Shown one piece after another: positions 46,261 through 57,176 of a stretch of 64,000 bases of DNA. This DNA comes from Pseudomonadota bacterium (GTDB lineage Bacteria; Pseudomonadota; Gammaproteobacteria; Burkholderiales; Burkholderiaceae_F): NCBI GenBank assembly GCA_023443095.1, contig JAEZVV010000071.1, positions 10,525 to 74,524 on the forward strand, given 5' to 3'. The position numbers were made by a program, and so were the translations under genes. Position 1 is the first letter of the stretch, and every line of letters starts with the position of its first letter. The notes beneath the pieces were generated by a model. It worked only from the letters and a program-made list of their open reading frames with translations, did not search any database and was not told the DNA's origin.

Positions 46261-47424
46261 ATGACGCAGCACACTCCGATCGCCCCCGGCCAGTGGCTGG
46301 GCCTTCTGGGCGGCGGCCAGCTCGGCCGCATGTTCGCGATGGCCGCGCAAAGCCTGGGCTACCGCGTGTGTGTGCTCGACCCCGGCGCCGACGGCCCGGC
46401 CGCGGCCGTGGCTGACGCCCATGTCCAAGCCGATTACCTCGACCCGCGCGGCCTGCAGCAGCTCGCAGAAAAATGCCGCGCCGCCTCCACCGAGTTCGAA
46501 AACGTTCCGGCCGCCGCGCTGCAGTTCCTGGCCCGCCACTGCGAGGTCAGCCCCGGCGCCGAGGCGGTGGCGATCGCCCAGGACCGCGTCGCCGAGAAGC
46601 GGTTCATCGCGGCCTGCGGCGCGCCGGTCGCGCCCCATGCCGTGGTCGCCACCGAGGCCGACTGCGCCGGCGCCAGTACCAAACTTCTGCCCGGCATCCT
46701 GAAGTCGGCCCGTCTCGGTTACGACGGCAAGGGCCAGGTTCGGGTGAAGACCTCGGCCGAGCTGCACGCCGCCTTCCGCCAGTTGGGCGGCGTGCCCTGC
46801 GTGCTCGAGAAGATGCTCCCGCTCGCGCTCGAAGTCTCGGTAGTGGTGTGCCGCAGCCGCGACGGCCAGACCGTGAGCTTTCCGGTCTCGGAAAACGAAC
46901 ACCGCGACGGCATCCTGGCGGTGAGCGTCCTTCCCGCCCGCATCGACGCGACGCTGGCCCAGCGTGCGCGTGAAGTCGCGATGAAAATCGCGCGCGAGAT
47001 GGATTACGTCGGCGTGCTGTGTGTCGAGTTCTTCGTGCTCGCCGACGGTTCGCTGGTCGTCAACGAGATGGCGCCGCGCCCGCACAACAGCGGCCACGCC
47101 ACCATCGACGCCTGCGCCACCAGCCAGTTCGAACAGCAGGCGCGAGTCATGGCCGGACTGCCGCTGGGCGACACCACCCAGCTCGCACCCGCCGTGATGC
47201 TCAACCTCCTGGGCGACCTGTGGTTCGAGGGTGAGGCGCAGCGAGAGCCCGACTGGGCGAGCGTGCTCGCCATCCCCGGCGCCAAGCTCCACCTCTACGG
47301 CAAGACCGAGGCGCGGCGCGGCCGCAAGATGGGGCACATCACCTGCCTGGGCTCGACTCCGGCGCAAGCCCTGGAGCGCGCCAACCAGGCCGCGGCCATC
47401 CTCGGCCTGCCCGCCGCGACATGA
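46261..47424 (+). CDS. purK: 5-(carboxyamino)imidazole ribonucleotide synthase
   Basis: LGLLGGGQLGRM, ATP-grasp GYDGKGQ, EMAPRPHNSGH. Confidence 0.9.
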   Translation: MTQHTPIAPGQWLGLLGGGQLGRMFAMAAQSLGYRVCVLDPGADGPAAAVADAHVQADYLDPRGLQQLAEKCRAASTEFENVPAAALQFLARHCEVSPGAEAVAIAQDRVAEKRFIAACGAPVAPHAVVATEADCAGASTKLLPGILKSARLGYDGKGQVRVKTSAELHAAFRQLGGVPCVLEKMLPLALEVSVVVCRSRDGQTVSFPVSENEHRDGILAVSVLPARIDATLAQRAREVAMKIAREMDYVGVLCVEFFVLADGSLVVNEMAPRPHNSGHATIDACATSQFEQQARVMAGLPLGDTTQLAPAVMLNLLGDLWFEGEAQREPDWASVLAIPGAKLHLYGKTEARRGRKMGHITCLGSTPAQALERANQAAAILGLPAAT

Positions 47425-48413
47425 TTCCGCCGCTCGCCCCTGCGCAGATCGGCCAGGCCGCCGAGGTCCTCGCCGCTGGCGGTCTGGTGGCGATGCCGAC
47501 CGAGACGGTCTACGGCCTCGCGGCCGACGCCGACAACGCTGACGCGGTGCGGGCCATCTTTGCCGCCAAGGGTCGCCCCGCCGATCACCCGGTGATCGTT
47601 CACGTGGCTGGCGCCGAGGCACTCGACGCCTGGGCGAGCGAGGTGCCAGCCGCGGCGCGCACCCTGGCTGCCGCTTTCTGGCCGGGGCCTTTGACCATGG
47701 TCCTCAAGCGCAGCAGCCGCGCCGGCGACTTCGTCACCGGCGGCCAGGACACCGTGGGCTTGCGCTGCCCGTCCCATCCCTGGGCGCACGCACTGATCGC
47801 CGCTTTTGCCGGCGCCAGCCACAAAGGCGTGGCCGCCCCCAGCGCCAACAGCTTCGGCCGCATCAGCCCGACCACCGCGGCCCATGTACGAGCCGACCTT
47901 GGCGAAAAACCGGCCGGCAAGGTCGACCTCATCCTCGATGGCGGCGCCTGCCCGGTGGGCATCGAGTCGACCATCGTCGACCTCTCGGGGGAGTCGCCGC
48001 GCTTGCTGCGCCATGGCTCGGTGACTCGCGCCATGCTCGAAGCGACGCTGGGCCAGGCCGTTCCCGATGCCGGCGCCGACGCACCGCGCGCCTCCGGCCG
48101 CTTGAAGAGCCATTACGCGCCGCGAACGCCGGTCGAACTGGTCGCGCCCGGCGAACTGCCGGCGCGGATCAACCAGTTGCGCGGCACCCGTCTGGCCGTG
48201 CTCGCCCCTGCCGCGTCCCTGCTCGACGCCCCGGCCCACGTCGTCAAGCGCCTGCTCGCCGAAGCCAGCGCCGAGGACTACGGGCGCAAGCTCTACGCGC
48301 AGCTGCACGAACTCGACGCCGCCGGCGCCGAACTGATCCTCATCACGCGGTCGCCCGACACCCCCGCCTGGGCCGCGGTCAACGACCGTCTCGAACGCGC
48401 TGCCGCACGCTGA
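47421..48413 (+). CDS. tsaC: L-threonylcarbamoyladenylate synthase (YrdC plus Sua5 domains)
   Basis: PTETVYGLAADA, KGRPADHP, SANSFGRISPT. ATGA overlap with purK. Confidence 0.85.
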   Translation: MIPPLAPAQIGQAAEVLAAGGLVAMPTETVYGLAADADNADAVRAIFAAKGRPADHPVIVHVAGAEALDAWASEVPAAARTLAAAFWPGPLTMVLKRSSRAGDFVTGGQDTVGLRCPSHPWAHALIAAFAGASHKGVAAPSANSFGRISPTTAAHVRADLGEKPAGKVDLILDGGACPVGIESTIVDLSGESPRLLRHGSVTRAMLEATLGQAVPDAGADAPRASGRLKSHYAPRTPVELVAPGELPARINQLRGTRLAVLAPAASLLDAPAHVVKRLLAEASAEDYGRKLYAQLHELDAAGAELILITRSPDTPAWAAVNDRLERAAAR

Positions 48414-48567
48414 CCGCCCGCCGCCAGCGCGGCGCTGGAGATCGGCCTCGAGTCTGTTGCAGCCCCACCACGCGACAAGTATTTACCCTTGTCGCACCTG
48501 GCTTGCTCCGTATGATCCTTTGACCAAGCTCCGTCCACGGAGCGGTTCAAGTCGAAGGAGACAAAAA

Positions 48568-49605
48568 ATGCATTTCGAACAATCGCGTCGCCGTCTGCTG
48601 GGCTTGCTGGCAGCCTCGAGCACCGCCGTTCTGCTCGCCGCCTGCGGCGGCGATGGGGACCCGGTCTTCAACCCGCCCGCGGCCGGTCAGAAATACAGCC
48701 AGGCGGTGGTCGTCGGCGCGAGCATCTCGGACACGGGCAATGTCTGTGCCGCTACGCCTACCAGCTGCCCGCCCCCGCCCTATGCCACCGGGGTCGCCTC
48801 CAATGGCACGCTCTGGATCCAGAACGTTGCGGCGAACTACAAGGTCGCGGTCAACCCCTCGCTCAAGGGCGGCACCAACTACGCGTATGGCGGCGCCCGC
48901 ACCGGCGCCGTGCCGGCGCCGCTGGCGACGGCTCCGGCCCTGGTCGGCGGCGTGCCCTCGATGGTGCAGCAGCTCGACATGTATTTCGCCACCACGGGCC
49001 AACGCGCCGACCCCAAGGCCTTGTACGTGGTCGATGCCACCACCTTCGGCAACAACTTCAACGCGGCGGCAACCGCCTTCGTGGCCGCGGTCGGCGCCGG
49101 CCAGGTGCCGGCTTCGGACCAGACCGCCTACTTCACCCGCGTGACCACGGCAGCGGTGACCGACATCGTCGGCATCGTCAACAAGCTCTACTTCGCCGGT
49201 GCGCGCCAGATCCTGGTGGTCAACGTTCCCAACCTCGGGGTCACGCCGCTTCTGACCGGCAACGGTGCGGCGCCGAACAACCCGAACGCAACCGCTGGCA
49301 CCCAGCTGTCGTTCGGCTTCAACCAGAACCTGGCAGCCCAGTTCAACGGTTTTGCCTCGTCGTGGGCCGGGCTGAACCTCAAGACCTTCGACACTTTCCC
49401 GCTCAACACCCAGGCGGCGCAGAACCCGGCCTCGCTCGGCTTCACCAACGGCACGGCCGCCTGCTTCGTGGCCCCCAGCGCCGCCCTACCCGCCGGTTCG
49501 CTCTGCGCCAACCCCGGCAGCTATTTCTACTGGGACCAGCTCCACCCCACTGCTGCCACCGGCAAGCTGTTCTCCGACCGCGTCATCACCCTGCTCGGCG
49601 CCTGA
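48568..49605 (+). CDS. SGNH/GDSL family lipase/esterase lipoprotein
   Basis: RRRLL signal with the LAAC lipobox, block I GASISDTGN, C-terminal DQLHPT. AAGGAG before ATG 48568. Confidence 0.8.
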   Translation: MHFEQSRRRLLGLLAASSTAVLLAACGGDGDPVFNPPAAGQKYSQAVVVGASISDTGNVCAATPTSCPPPPYATGVASNGTLWIQNVAANYKVAVNPSLKGGTNYAYGGARTGAVPAPLATAPALVGGVPSMVQQLDMYFATTGQRADPKALYVVDATTFGNNFNAAATAFVAAVGAGQVPASDQTAYFTRVTTAAVTDIVGIVNKLYFAGARQILVVNVPNLGVTPLLTGNGAAPNNPNATAGTQLSFGFNQNLAAQFNGFASSWAGLNLKTFDTFPLNTQAAQNPASLGFTNGTAACFVAPSAALPAGSLCANPGSYFYWDQLHPTAATGKLFSDRVITLLGA

Positions 49606-49620
49606 TCCGCCGCAGCAAGC

Positions 49621-49654
49621 AACGACAAGGGCGCCCGCGGGCGCCCTTGTCGTT
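49621..49654. terminator. bidirectional hairpin terminator between convergent genes
   Basis: 15-bp stem AACGACAAGGGCGCC-CGCG-GGCGCCCTTGTCGTT. Confidence 0.6.
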
Positions 49655-49668
49655 GGCTAGGGCCGGCA

Positions 49669-51237
49669 TCAGATCGCCGCACTGCGCTCCAGCTTGAAGC
49701 GCGCCACCGCTTCGGTCAGGCGCAGCGCCTGGTCCTTGAGGCTTTGCGCCGCCGCCGCGCTTTGCTCGACCAGGGCCGCGTTTTGCTGGGTCATCTGGTC
49801 CAGCCCCGCCACCGCCTGGTTGACCTGCGTGATGCCCGAGCTCTGCTCCATCGTGCTCTGGCTGATCTCGCCGATCAGGTCGCTCACGCGTTTGGCCTGC
49901 ACCACGATTTCGTCCATGGTGCGCCCCGCTTCGGCGACCTGGGCCGAACCGCTGGCGACCTTGTCGACCGAGTCCGAGATCAGGCTCTTGATCTCGCGCG
50001 CGGCCTGAGCGCTGCGCTGAGCCAGGGTGCGGACTTCGCCCGCCACCACGGCAAAACCTCGCCCCTGCTCGCCCGCCCGCGCCGCTTCGACCGCCGCGTT
50101 CAAGGCCAGGATGTTGGTCTGGAAGGCGATGCCGTCGATCACGCCGATGATCTCGGCGATCTTGCGGCTCGACTCGGTGATCGATCCCATCGTCGTCACC
50201 ACCTGCCCTACCGCCGCCCCGCCCTGATGGGCGATGTCCGACGCCGCCGCCGCCAAGCGGTTCGCTTCGCGCGCCGTCTCCGCACTGGCCTTGACGGTCA
50301 CGGTGAGTTCCTCCATCGCGCTGGCCGTCTCTTGCAGGGAACTGGCCTGGGACTCGGTCCGGCTCGACAGGTCCTGGTTGCCGACTGCGATTTCGCCGCT
50401 CGCCGTGCTGACCGAAGCCACGCCGGCGTGGACTTCGCCCACCACCGACCGCAGCGAGATCGCCATCGCGCGCAGGGAGCGCAGCAACGCGCTCAGTTCG
50501 TCGCGGCCTTCGGCCTGCGGCACCTCGATCGAGAGGTCGCCACGCGCCACCGCGTCGGCGGCCACGACCGCTTCGCCCAGAGGCCGGGTCATCGAGCGCG
50601 AGATCCAGAGCGAGAACACCACCCCGCCGGTCAAACCCAGGAGCAGGATGAGCGCAGTGATGACGACGGTTCTCTGCAAGCGCTGGTTCGACTCGAGCAA
50701 CATGCGATCCGATTCACGCACGTTGTAGGCCGTCAGCGCCTCGATCGATTGAGTCAGGGCATCTCGCGCCTTTTGGCCATCGCCCACCATCAGGTTCGCT
50801 GCCGGGTCGCTCTGCCCTTGCCGGATCAGTTGCACCACGCGGCCGCTGACTTCCTTGTACTGGGTCCAGGATTGCACGACAGCGTCGTACAGCTTGCGCT
50901 CCTCCTGCGAACTGGGGTCGACCAGGCCGGCATAAGTTTTCAGCGCGGCCGCCACCTCGGCGTCACTCTTGGTGATGCGTTCGAAAGCCACATCGCCGTT
51001 GCCTCGCTGGTGCCCGATCATGAAGCGGAACTCGCGTGTCCGATAGGTGGCCGTCGCGTCGGCGAGCTGCCCTAGGGTGCGGACGCTGGGCAGCATATTG
51101 GTGCCAATCTGCTCCGCATCATGGCCGATCTTGCGCAACTCCATCAGGCCGATGCCATTGGTGATGACAAGAAAAACAAGCAGGGGGGCCACCAGCAACG
51201 CCAGACGTTGAGCGACCTTTAACTGACCGAGATTCAT
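49669..51237 (-). CDS. methyl-accepting chemotaxis protein (4HB sensor, HAMP, MA domain)
   Basis: Signalling hairpin [29 protein letters not shown]. Start at ATG 51237; the track ORF uses an upstream TTG. Confidence 0.9.
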   Translation of the reverse strand: MNLGQLKVAQRLALLVAPLLVFLVITNGIGLMELRKIGHDAEQIGTNMLPSVRTLGQLADATATYRTREFRFMIGHQRGNGDVAFERITKSDAEVAAALKTYAGLVDPSSQEERKLYDAVVQSWTQYKEVSGRVVQLIRQGQSDPAANLMVGDGQKARDALTQSIEALTAYNVRESDRMLLESNQRLQRTVVITALILLLGLTGGVVFSLWISRSMTRPLGEAVVAADAVARGDLSIEVPQAEGRDELSALLRSLRAMAISLRSVVGEVHAGVASVSTASGEIAVGNQDLSSRTESQASSLQETASAMEELTVTVKASAETAREANRLAAAASDIAHQGGAAVGQVVTTMGSITESSRKIAEIIGVIDGIAFQTNILALNAAVEAARAGEQGRGFAVVAGEVRTLAQRSAQAAREIKSLISDSVDKVASGSAQVAEAGRTMDEIVVQAKRVSDLIGEISQSTMEQSSGITQVNQAVAGLDQMTQQNAALVEQSAAAAQSLKDQALRLTEAVARFKLERSAAI

Positions 51238-51417
51238 AAAGATTCTTCGAGAAAAAGACGGACTCAACGCGCCCCAGTTCCTGGTCCACGACGCGTTCAG
51301 TCCGCCTTAGGGGCCCCGGCTCTAAGCAGTACCGCCGGCATGACTTTCGTACTTCGGCCCCGGATCTCCAGAAATTAGAGGTATCCGCCAAATGGCGACT
51401 ACGGACAAACCCTTGAA

Positions 51418-51672
51418 TCAACCGAAACGCAGCTTCATCACCAGGATGAAAAACGCAAGCGCCAGAGTGATGGTGTTGGCGGCCACAACCGGCCAGGCGC
51501 CCAAAAGCAGGCCATAAACCAGCCAGGCAGCGACGCCAGTCGTGAAAATCGCGTACATCCCAAGCGACACGCCCTCGGCTTTGCGGCTTTTCCAGGTGAG
51601 CCAGGCCTGCGGCACAAAAGCGATAGTGGTGAGGCTGGCGGCGAAATAACCAATAAGGTCGGTGCTGTTCAC
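51418..51672 (-). CDS. SemiSWEET / PQ-loop family small transporter
   Basis: Three-TM 84-aa tail of a longer track ORF with the PQ motif (AFVPQAWLTWKSRKAEGVSL). The GTG start is uncertain and has no clear SD. Confidence 0.55.
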   Translation of the reverse strand: MNSTDLIGYFAASLTTIAFVPQAWLTWKSRKAEGVSLGMYAIFTTGVAAWLVYGLLLGAWPVVAANTITLALAFFILVMKLRFG

Positions 51673-51822
51673 GGCGGTAGGGCGGGGAGAAAGGAAGGCG
51701 GTCGGGTCGGTCGGCGCCCTGGGCGGCGCGCCTCGGCCACGGTGCCACACGAGGTCGGAGCCCGAAGTATAGGGAGCGGCATCCGACCCACGCCCGCCGT
51801 GACGAGCGTCACAGGAGACGAC

Positions 51823-52989
51823 ATGGATCTGGACTTCACCCCGGCCGAAGAGGCCTTTCGCGCCGAAGTCAAAGCCTTCCTCGCCGCCGAACTTCCGGCC
51901 GTCATCGGCGCCACTGTTCCGGCCGAGGCTCGGATCGACAGCGAGTCGATCACCCGTTGGCAAAAGGCGCTTTTTGCCCGCGGCTGGGGGGCTCCGAACT
52001 GGCCCCTGGCCTGGGGCGGAACCGGTTGGGATCCGGTCCTCCAGCATATCTTCGAGGAAGAGACGGCGCTGGCCGGCGCTCCGCGCCAGCTGCCTTTCGG
52101 GTTGAAAATGGTGGGACCGGTCCTGATGAAGTTCGGCAGCCCCGAGCAATGCCACCGCTTCCTGCCGCGGATACCCAGCGCCCTGGACTGGTGGTGCCAG
52201 GGCTATTCGGAGCCGGGGGCCGGCAGCGACCTTGCAGCACTCTCGACCCGTGCCGAACGCCGTGGCGAGATCTATGTCGTCAACGGCCAGAAGACCTGGA
52301 CCACGCTGGCGCAATACGCCAACTGGATTTTCTGTCTGGTGCGCACCGATCCCGGCGCCAAGAAGCAGGAAGGCATCAGCTTCCTGCTGATCGATATGAG
52401 GTCGCCCGGCGTGACGGTGCGGCCGATCACCTTGCTCGACGGCAGCCGCGAGGTCAACGAGGTTTTCTTCGACCGGGTCGAAGTTCCGGTTGCGAATCGG
52501 GTCGGCGCCGAGAATCAGGGCTGGAGCATCGCGAAGTACCTGCTCGAACACGAGCGCACCGGCATCGCCGACATCGGCATCAGCAAACGCGAGCTTGCGC
52601 GGGCCAAGGCCGTGGCCGCGGCAAGTCAGTGCCGCGGCGCACCGCTAGCGGCCGAGCCCGGGTTTGCGGCGCGGCTCGCCCAAGCCGAAATCGACCTGCT
52701 CGGACTCGAGATGCTCAACCTGCGCGTGCTGGACGCCGCGCGCACGCGCGGCCATCCCGGTCCCCAGGCCTCGATGCTCAAGATCAAGGGCTCGGAGATC
52801 GCCCAGCGCATCAGCGAACTCGTGCTCGAAGCCAGCGGCGCCGCTGCCCTGCCCGCCGAGCGCGGCGACGGCGGCTGGCGCCCGGTGCCGGCGACGGCAA
52901 CCTACCTCAACTTGCGCAAGCTGACGATCTACGGCGGCAGCAACGAGATCCAGCGCTCGATCATCGCCAAACATCTGCTCGATCTCTGA
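51823..52989 (+). CDS. acyl-CoA dehydrogenase, large subunit type
   Basis: WCQGYSEPGAGSDLA, GQKTWTT, IYGGSNEIQRSIIA. AGGAGA before ATG 51823. Confidence 0.85.
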   Translation: MDLDFTPAEEAFRAEVKAFLAAELPAVIGATVPAEARIDSESITRWQKALFARGWGAPNWPLAWGGTGWDPVLQHIFEEETALAGAPRQLPFGLKMVGPVLMKFGSPEQCHRFLPRIPSALDWWCQGYSEPGAGSDLAALSTRAERRGEIYVVNGQKTWTTLAQYANWIFCLVRTDPGAKKQEGISFLLIDMRSPGVTVRPITLLDGSREVNEVFFDRVEVPVANRVGAENQGWSIAKYLLEHERTGIADIGISKRELARAKAVAAASQCRGAPLAAEPGFAARLAQAEIDLLGLEMLNLRVLDAARTRGHPGPQASMLKIKGSEIAQRISELVLEASGAAALPAERGDGGWRPVPATATYLNLRKLTIYGGSNEIQRSIIAKHLLDL

Positions 52990-53014
52990 TGTCGCCCCTG
53001 CTGCGAGGACAGAC

Positions 53015-54028
53015 ATGGACTTCTCCACCACCGACGAGCAGAACATGCTGCTCGATTCCTGCGACCGCTGGGCGCGTCAACGCGGCGGGTTTTCGAACCG
53101 CCGCGAACTGCTAACGCACCCTCCCGCCGAGCGGTCGCGACTCTGGTCCGAGCTCGCCGAGATGGGTCTGACTGCCCTGCTGGTGCCGGCCTCCAACGGC
53201 GGGCTCGAACGTCCCCTGATCGACGCCGCCCTGGTTGCGCAATCGCTTGGCCGCGGCTGGCTGATCGAACCGTTCGCCGAATGCGCGATCGGCGCCGCCC
53301 ACATGCTGGCGCAAGCCCCGGCGAGCGGAGTCGCGGCGCAGACCCTGGCCGCCATCGCCAGCGGCGAACAGATCGTGGTTCCGCTCGCCAGCGGCCCGAC
53401 CGCCGCCAGCCCGGGCGCCAACGTCACCCAGGCCGCGGCAGCCGACGCGCTGCTGAGCTACGACGGCGAATCGCTGCTCCTGGTTCGCCGCGGCGACGCC
53501 GCCCTGAGCGCTTACCGCCAGTTCGACGGCACACCCGGCGCCACCGTCCGCTGGGACCCGGCCCTGGCCACGGCCCTGGCGCGCGGCGACCCGGCCCGCC
53601 ACGCCTGGCAGCGTGGCCTGGCGGCGATGGCGATCGGACGGATAGGCAGCGGCCTGGGCCTGGCGCGCACCGTTCTCGATCTCACGGCCGACTACCTGCG
53701 CACGCGCCAGCAGTTCGGCCAGCCGATCGGGCGTTTCCAGGCCCTGGCCCACCGTCTCGCCGACCTGCTGGTCGACTATGAAATGGCCCAGTCGATCTGG
53801 CTCGCCGCTGCCTTGCGGCCAGCCTCGCCCCGCACTCTGGCGGCGGCGCAGGTGCTTGCCCACCAGGCCTTGCGGGCTATCGGCCAACAGGCGATGCAGC
53901 TGCACGGAGCGATCGGCATGACCGAGGAACTGGCGATTTCACACTACGTCAAACATCTGCTGGCGCTCGAGATAACACTCGGACCACGCGACGACGCGCT
54001 GCACGACTTCATGGCCGCATCCGCCTGA
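53015..54028 (+). CDS. acyl-CoA dehydrogenase family protein, small-subunit type
   Basis: ACAD-like fold (RQQFGQPIGRFQAL, QLHGAIGMTEE) but it lacks the GxGSD/catalytic region of the partner. It starts 25 nt after the large subunit. Confidence 0.75.
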   Translation: MDFSTTDEQNMLLDSCDRWARQRGGFSNRRELLTHPPAERSRLWSELAEMGLTALLVPASNGGLERPLIDAALVAQSLGRGWLIEPFAECAIGAAHMLAQAPASGVAAQTLAAIASGEQIVVPLASGPTAASPGANVTQAAAADALLSYDGESLLLVRRGDAALSAYRQFDGTPGATVRWDPALATALARGDPARHAWQRGLAAMAIGRIGSGLGLARTVLDLTADYLRTRQQFGQPIGRFQALAHRLADLLVDYEMAQSIWLAAALRPASPRTLAAAQVLAHQALRAIGQQAMQLHGAIGMTEELAISHYVKHLLALEITLGPRDDALHDFMAASA

Positions 54029-54134
54029 GACATAAGGCAAGCGGCCGCGCCCATTGCCCGGGTAATCCCTCTCGATTCGCGGTTCGAGCTCCGAACGTGT
54101 TCCAATTCTGCCCTGACACGTTGGAGAAACGCTC

Positions 54135-55034
54135 ATGGCTTACAACAGACCCCGCCCCTCCTCGCCCGCTCGCAAGAGCGCAGGCGCCCGCCCGGGGGGC
54201 AAGCCCGCCCGCACCGGCATGCCTTACGGCCGCCCGGTGGCCTCGCGCAGCCCGGCCGCACGGCCGGTCCGCAGCGTCACCGAGCAGACCCTGGGCGTGC
54301 GGCTGTCCAAGCTGATGAGCGAACTCGGCATGGCGTCGCGCCGCGAGGCCGACGAATGGATCGCCAAGGGCTGGGTCAGCGTCGACGGCCAGGTCGTGAG
54401 CGAACTCGGCACCCGGGTGATGCCGAGCCAGAAGATCACGCTCGACGCGCAGGCGCGCAAGCAGCAGGCGGGCCTGGTCACCATCGTGCTCAACAAGCCG
54501 GTCGGTTATGTCAGCGGCCAGGCCGAAGACGGCTACGAACCCGCACGAGTCTTGATCACGCCCGACAACCAGTGGCGCGAAGACCCGTCCGGCATCCGCT
54601 TCCAGCGCAGCCACCTGACGAGCCTGGTGCCCGCGGGCCGGCTCGACATCGATTCGGTCGGCCTCTTGATCCTCACCCAGGACGGCCGCGTGGCCAAGCA
54701 GCTGATCGGCCAGGACAGCGAGATCGACAAGGAATACATGGTCCGGGTGGCGATGAAGAACCCGAACAACCAGCTCTCGCCCGCCTCGCTCGAACTGCTG
54801 CGCTTCGGCCTGGAACTCGACGGCGAAAAGCTCAAGCGCGCCCGCGTCGAGTGGATCAACGACGACCAGCTGCTCTTCGTTCTCAAGGAAGGCAAGAAGC
54901 GCCAGATCCGCCGCATGTGCGAGGCGGTCGGCCTCAAGGTTCTGCGCCTGAAGCGCGTTCGTATCGGCCGCGTCGTCCTGGGCGACCTGCCGGTCGGCAA
55001 GTGGCGCTATTTGCGCGACGACGAGCGTTTCTGA
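54135..55034 (+). CDS. RsuA/RluF-family rRNA pseudouridine synthase with a basic N-terminal extension
   Basis: S4 domain ([21 protein letters not shown]), catalytic [25 protein letters not shown]. Confidence 0.85.
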   Translation: MAYNRPRPSSPARKSAGARPGGKPARTGMPYGRPVASRSPAARPVRSVTEQTLGVRLSKLMSELGMASRREADEWIAKGWVSVDGQVVSELGTRVMPSQKITLDAQARKQQAGLVTIVLNKPVGYVSGQAEDGYEPARVLITPDNQWREDPSGIRFQRSHLTSLVPAGRLDIDSVGLLILTQDGRVAKQLIGQDSEIDKEYMVRVAMKNPNNQLSPASLELLRFGLELDGEKLKRARVEWINDDQLLFVLKEGKKRQIRRMCEAVGLKVLRLKRVRIGRVVLGDLPVGKWRYLRDDERF

Positions 55035-55044
55035 GGCCCCGACG

Positions 55045-55395
55045 ATGAGCCTCACGGTCTACGGCATTCCCAACTGCGACACGGTCAAGCGCGCCCGCGC
55101 CTGGCTGGCCGAACAGGGCGTGGAGTTCCGCTTTCACGACTTCAAGAAGCAGGGCCTTCCCGCCGAACGGCTCGATGCCTGGCTGGACGCTCTCGGCTGG
55201 GAGGCTCTGCTCAACCGCAAGGGCACGACCTGGCGCAAGCTCGACGAAGCCACTCGCGCCGCGGTGGTCGACGCCGCCAGCGCCCGCGCCCTGATGCTGA
55301 CCCACGCGAGCCTGATCAAGCGCCCGGTGGTCGAATGGGCCGACGCTGCCGTCAGCGTCGGCTTTGCCCCCAACGACTGGTTGCCACGCCTCTGA
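55045..55395 (+). CDS. ArsC/Spx family protein (YffB-like)
   Basis: VYGIPNCDTVKRARAWL, GTTWRKL, LIKRPV. Confidence 0.85.
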   Translation: MSLTVYGIPNCDTVKRARAWLAEQGVEFRFHDFKKQGLPAERLDAWLDALGWEALLNRKGTTWRKLDEATRAAVVDAASARALMLTHASLIKRPVVEWADAAVSVGFAPNDWLPRL

Positions 55396-55440
55396 ACCTT
55401 CTGCCGCGACGCGCCCAAGCGTGTTGCCCTGCTCCGATTC

Positions 55441-56346
55441 ATGTCCTCTCACGCCCCTGCCGCGACGCCTGCCGTCGCGGCCCGCCACCCGCGTTTCCCG
55501 GAAGCGATCCTCGTCTTCATCACGATGATCTGGGGCGGCACCTTCCTGCTGCTCCAGTTCGCCCTCCAGTGGACCGAACCCTTCCACCTGGTGGCGATGC
55601 GATTTGGCCTGGCGGCGGTTTTCTTCGCGCTCTACCTGCGTCGACGGGCGCTGCACATCACCCGCACCGAGTGGGTGGCAGGCAGCCTGATCGGTCTGGC
55701 TCTGTTTCTGGGCTACACCTTGCAGACCGCCGGCCTGCAGTTCATTCCCAGCAGCACCTCGGCCTTTCTCACCGCGCTCTATGTGCCCTTCGTGCCGCTG
55801 CTGCAGTTCCTGTTCCTGCGCCACAAGCCGCACGCAGCCGCCTGGCTCGGCATCGCCCTGGCCTTTGCCGGCATGGTCCTGCTCGCCAACCCGTTCGAGC
55901 TGAGCCTGGCCAACGGCACCGGCGAATGGCTGACGGTGGTGAGCGCGGTGGCGATCGCCGCCGAAATTCTGCTCGTGAGCCACTACGCCCGCCATTGCAA
56001 CCCGGCGCGGCTGACCCTGGTGCAGATGAGCGTGGTTGCCGTGCTCGCCGGCCTGGGTGCGGCGCTGTCCGGCGAAGCCACGCCGCAGTTCACGCCCGGC
56101 CTGCTGGCGAGCATCACCGCCCTCGCCGCCGCGCTCGCCTTCATCCAGCTCGCGATCAACTGGGCGCAGCGCACCGTGAGCGCCACCCGCGCGACCCTGA
56201 TCTACGCGCTCGAGCCGGTGTGGGCAGGTCTGTTCGGCCGCATCGCGGGCGAACGCCTGGGGCCTCTCGGCCTGCTCGGCGGCGCCTTGATCGTCTTCGC
56301 CGTGGTGGTAAGCGAATGGCGGCCGCGCCGCGGCAAACCGCAATGA
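55441..56346 (+). CDS. EamA/DMT family transporter
   Basis: Ten-TM profile with duplicated EamA-like halves. Confidence 0.8.
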   Translation: MSSHAPAATPAVAARHPRFPEAILVFITMIWGGTFLLLQFALQWTEPFHLVAMRFGLAAVFFALYLRRRALHITRTEWVAGSLIGLALFLGYTLQTAGLQFIPSSTSAFLTALYVPFVPLLQFLFLRHKPHAAAWLGIALAFAGMVLLANPFELSLANGTGEWLTVVSAVAIAAEILLVSHYARHCNPARLTLVQMSVVAVLAGLGAALSGEATPQFTPGLLASITALAAALAFIQLAINWAQRTVSATRATLIYALEPVWAGLFGRIAGERLGPLGLLGGALIVFAVVVSEWRPRRGKPQ

Positions 56347-57176
56347 ACGGACTCCCCGCAAGCCGCAGCGCAGGATCCGCCTGCGTCGGCGTGTTCGACT
56401 CGGGCCTGGGTGGCCTGTCGGTCCTGCGCGCGATCCGCTCGGCCCTGCCGCACGAACACCTGGTGTATGTCGCCGACTCCGCCAACGCCCCTTATGGAGA
56501 TCGCAGCGAAGCCTTCATCATCGAGCGTTCGGTCGCAATCACCGACTTCCTGGTCGGGCGCGGCGCCAAGGCGATCGTGGTCGCCTGCAACACTGCCACT
56601 GCGGTGGCGATCGCGGCGCTGCGGCAGCGCTACACCCTGCCCGTGATCGGGATCGAACCCGCCGTCAAACCAGCAGCGGCAACGAGCGAGTCCCACGTGG
56701 TGGGTGTGCTCGCCACCACCCGCACCTTGGCGAGCGAGAAGTATCAGCGCCTCGCCGCCCGTTTCTCCGAACGCGCAACGCTGCTGCGCCAGCCCTGCCC
56801 CGGCTGGGTCGAGCGGGTCGAGGCAGGCGACATGTCGAGCCCGGAAACCGTAGCCCTGGTGCGCCGCTACGTCGCCCCCCTGCTGGCGCGGGGCGCCGAC
56901 ACCCTGGTACTGGGTTGCACCCACTACCCTTTCCTTGCCGAAACCATCGCCCGGGTGACCGGCCCCGGCGTCAAGCAAATCGAACCCGGCGCCGCGGTCG
57001 CCCGGGTGCTCAAGGAAAGGCTGGCCGCCGCCGGCGCCCTGGCCGACCCTGAACAAGTGGGCAACGAGGAGTTCTGGGGCAGCGACAGCTCGGAACGGAT
57101 CGCGGCCGTGGCGACTCGCCTGTGGGGGCAAGCCGTGCCCCTGCTACCACTCGCTGACACCAGAACCGCTTGCTAG
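56343..57176 (+). CDS. murI: glutamate racemase
   Basis: VGVFDSGLGGLSV, DSANAPYG, VVACNTA, LGCTHYP. ATGA overlap with the upstream gene. Confidence 0.95.
   Translation: MNGLPASRSAGSACVGVFDSGLGGLSVLRAIRSALPHEHLVYVADSANAPYGDRSEAFIIERSVAITDFLVGRGAKAIVVACNTATAVAIAALRQRYTLPVIGIEPAVKPAAATSESHVVGVLATTRTLASEKYQRLAARFSERATLLRQPCPGWVERVEAGDMSSPETVALVRRYVAPLLARGADTLVLGCTHYPFLAETIARVTGPGVKQIEPGAAVARVLKERLAAAGALADPEQVGNEEFWGSDSSERIAAVATRLWGQAVPLLPLADTRTAC

Noticed and set aside
55335-57176. 613-aa track ORF spanning the EamA transporter region and murI
   Set aside because: Its first approximately 335 codons are an out-of-frame shadow of the EamA gene. The MurI motifs begin at ATG 56343, which overlaps the EamA stop as ATGA.
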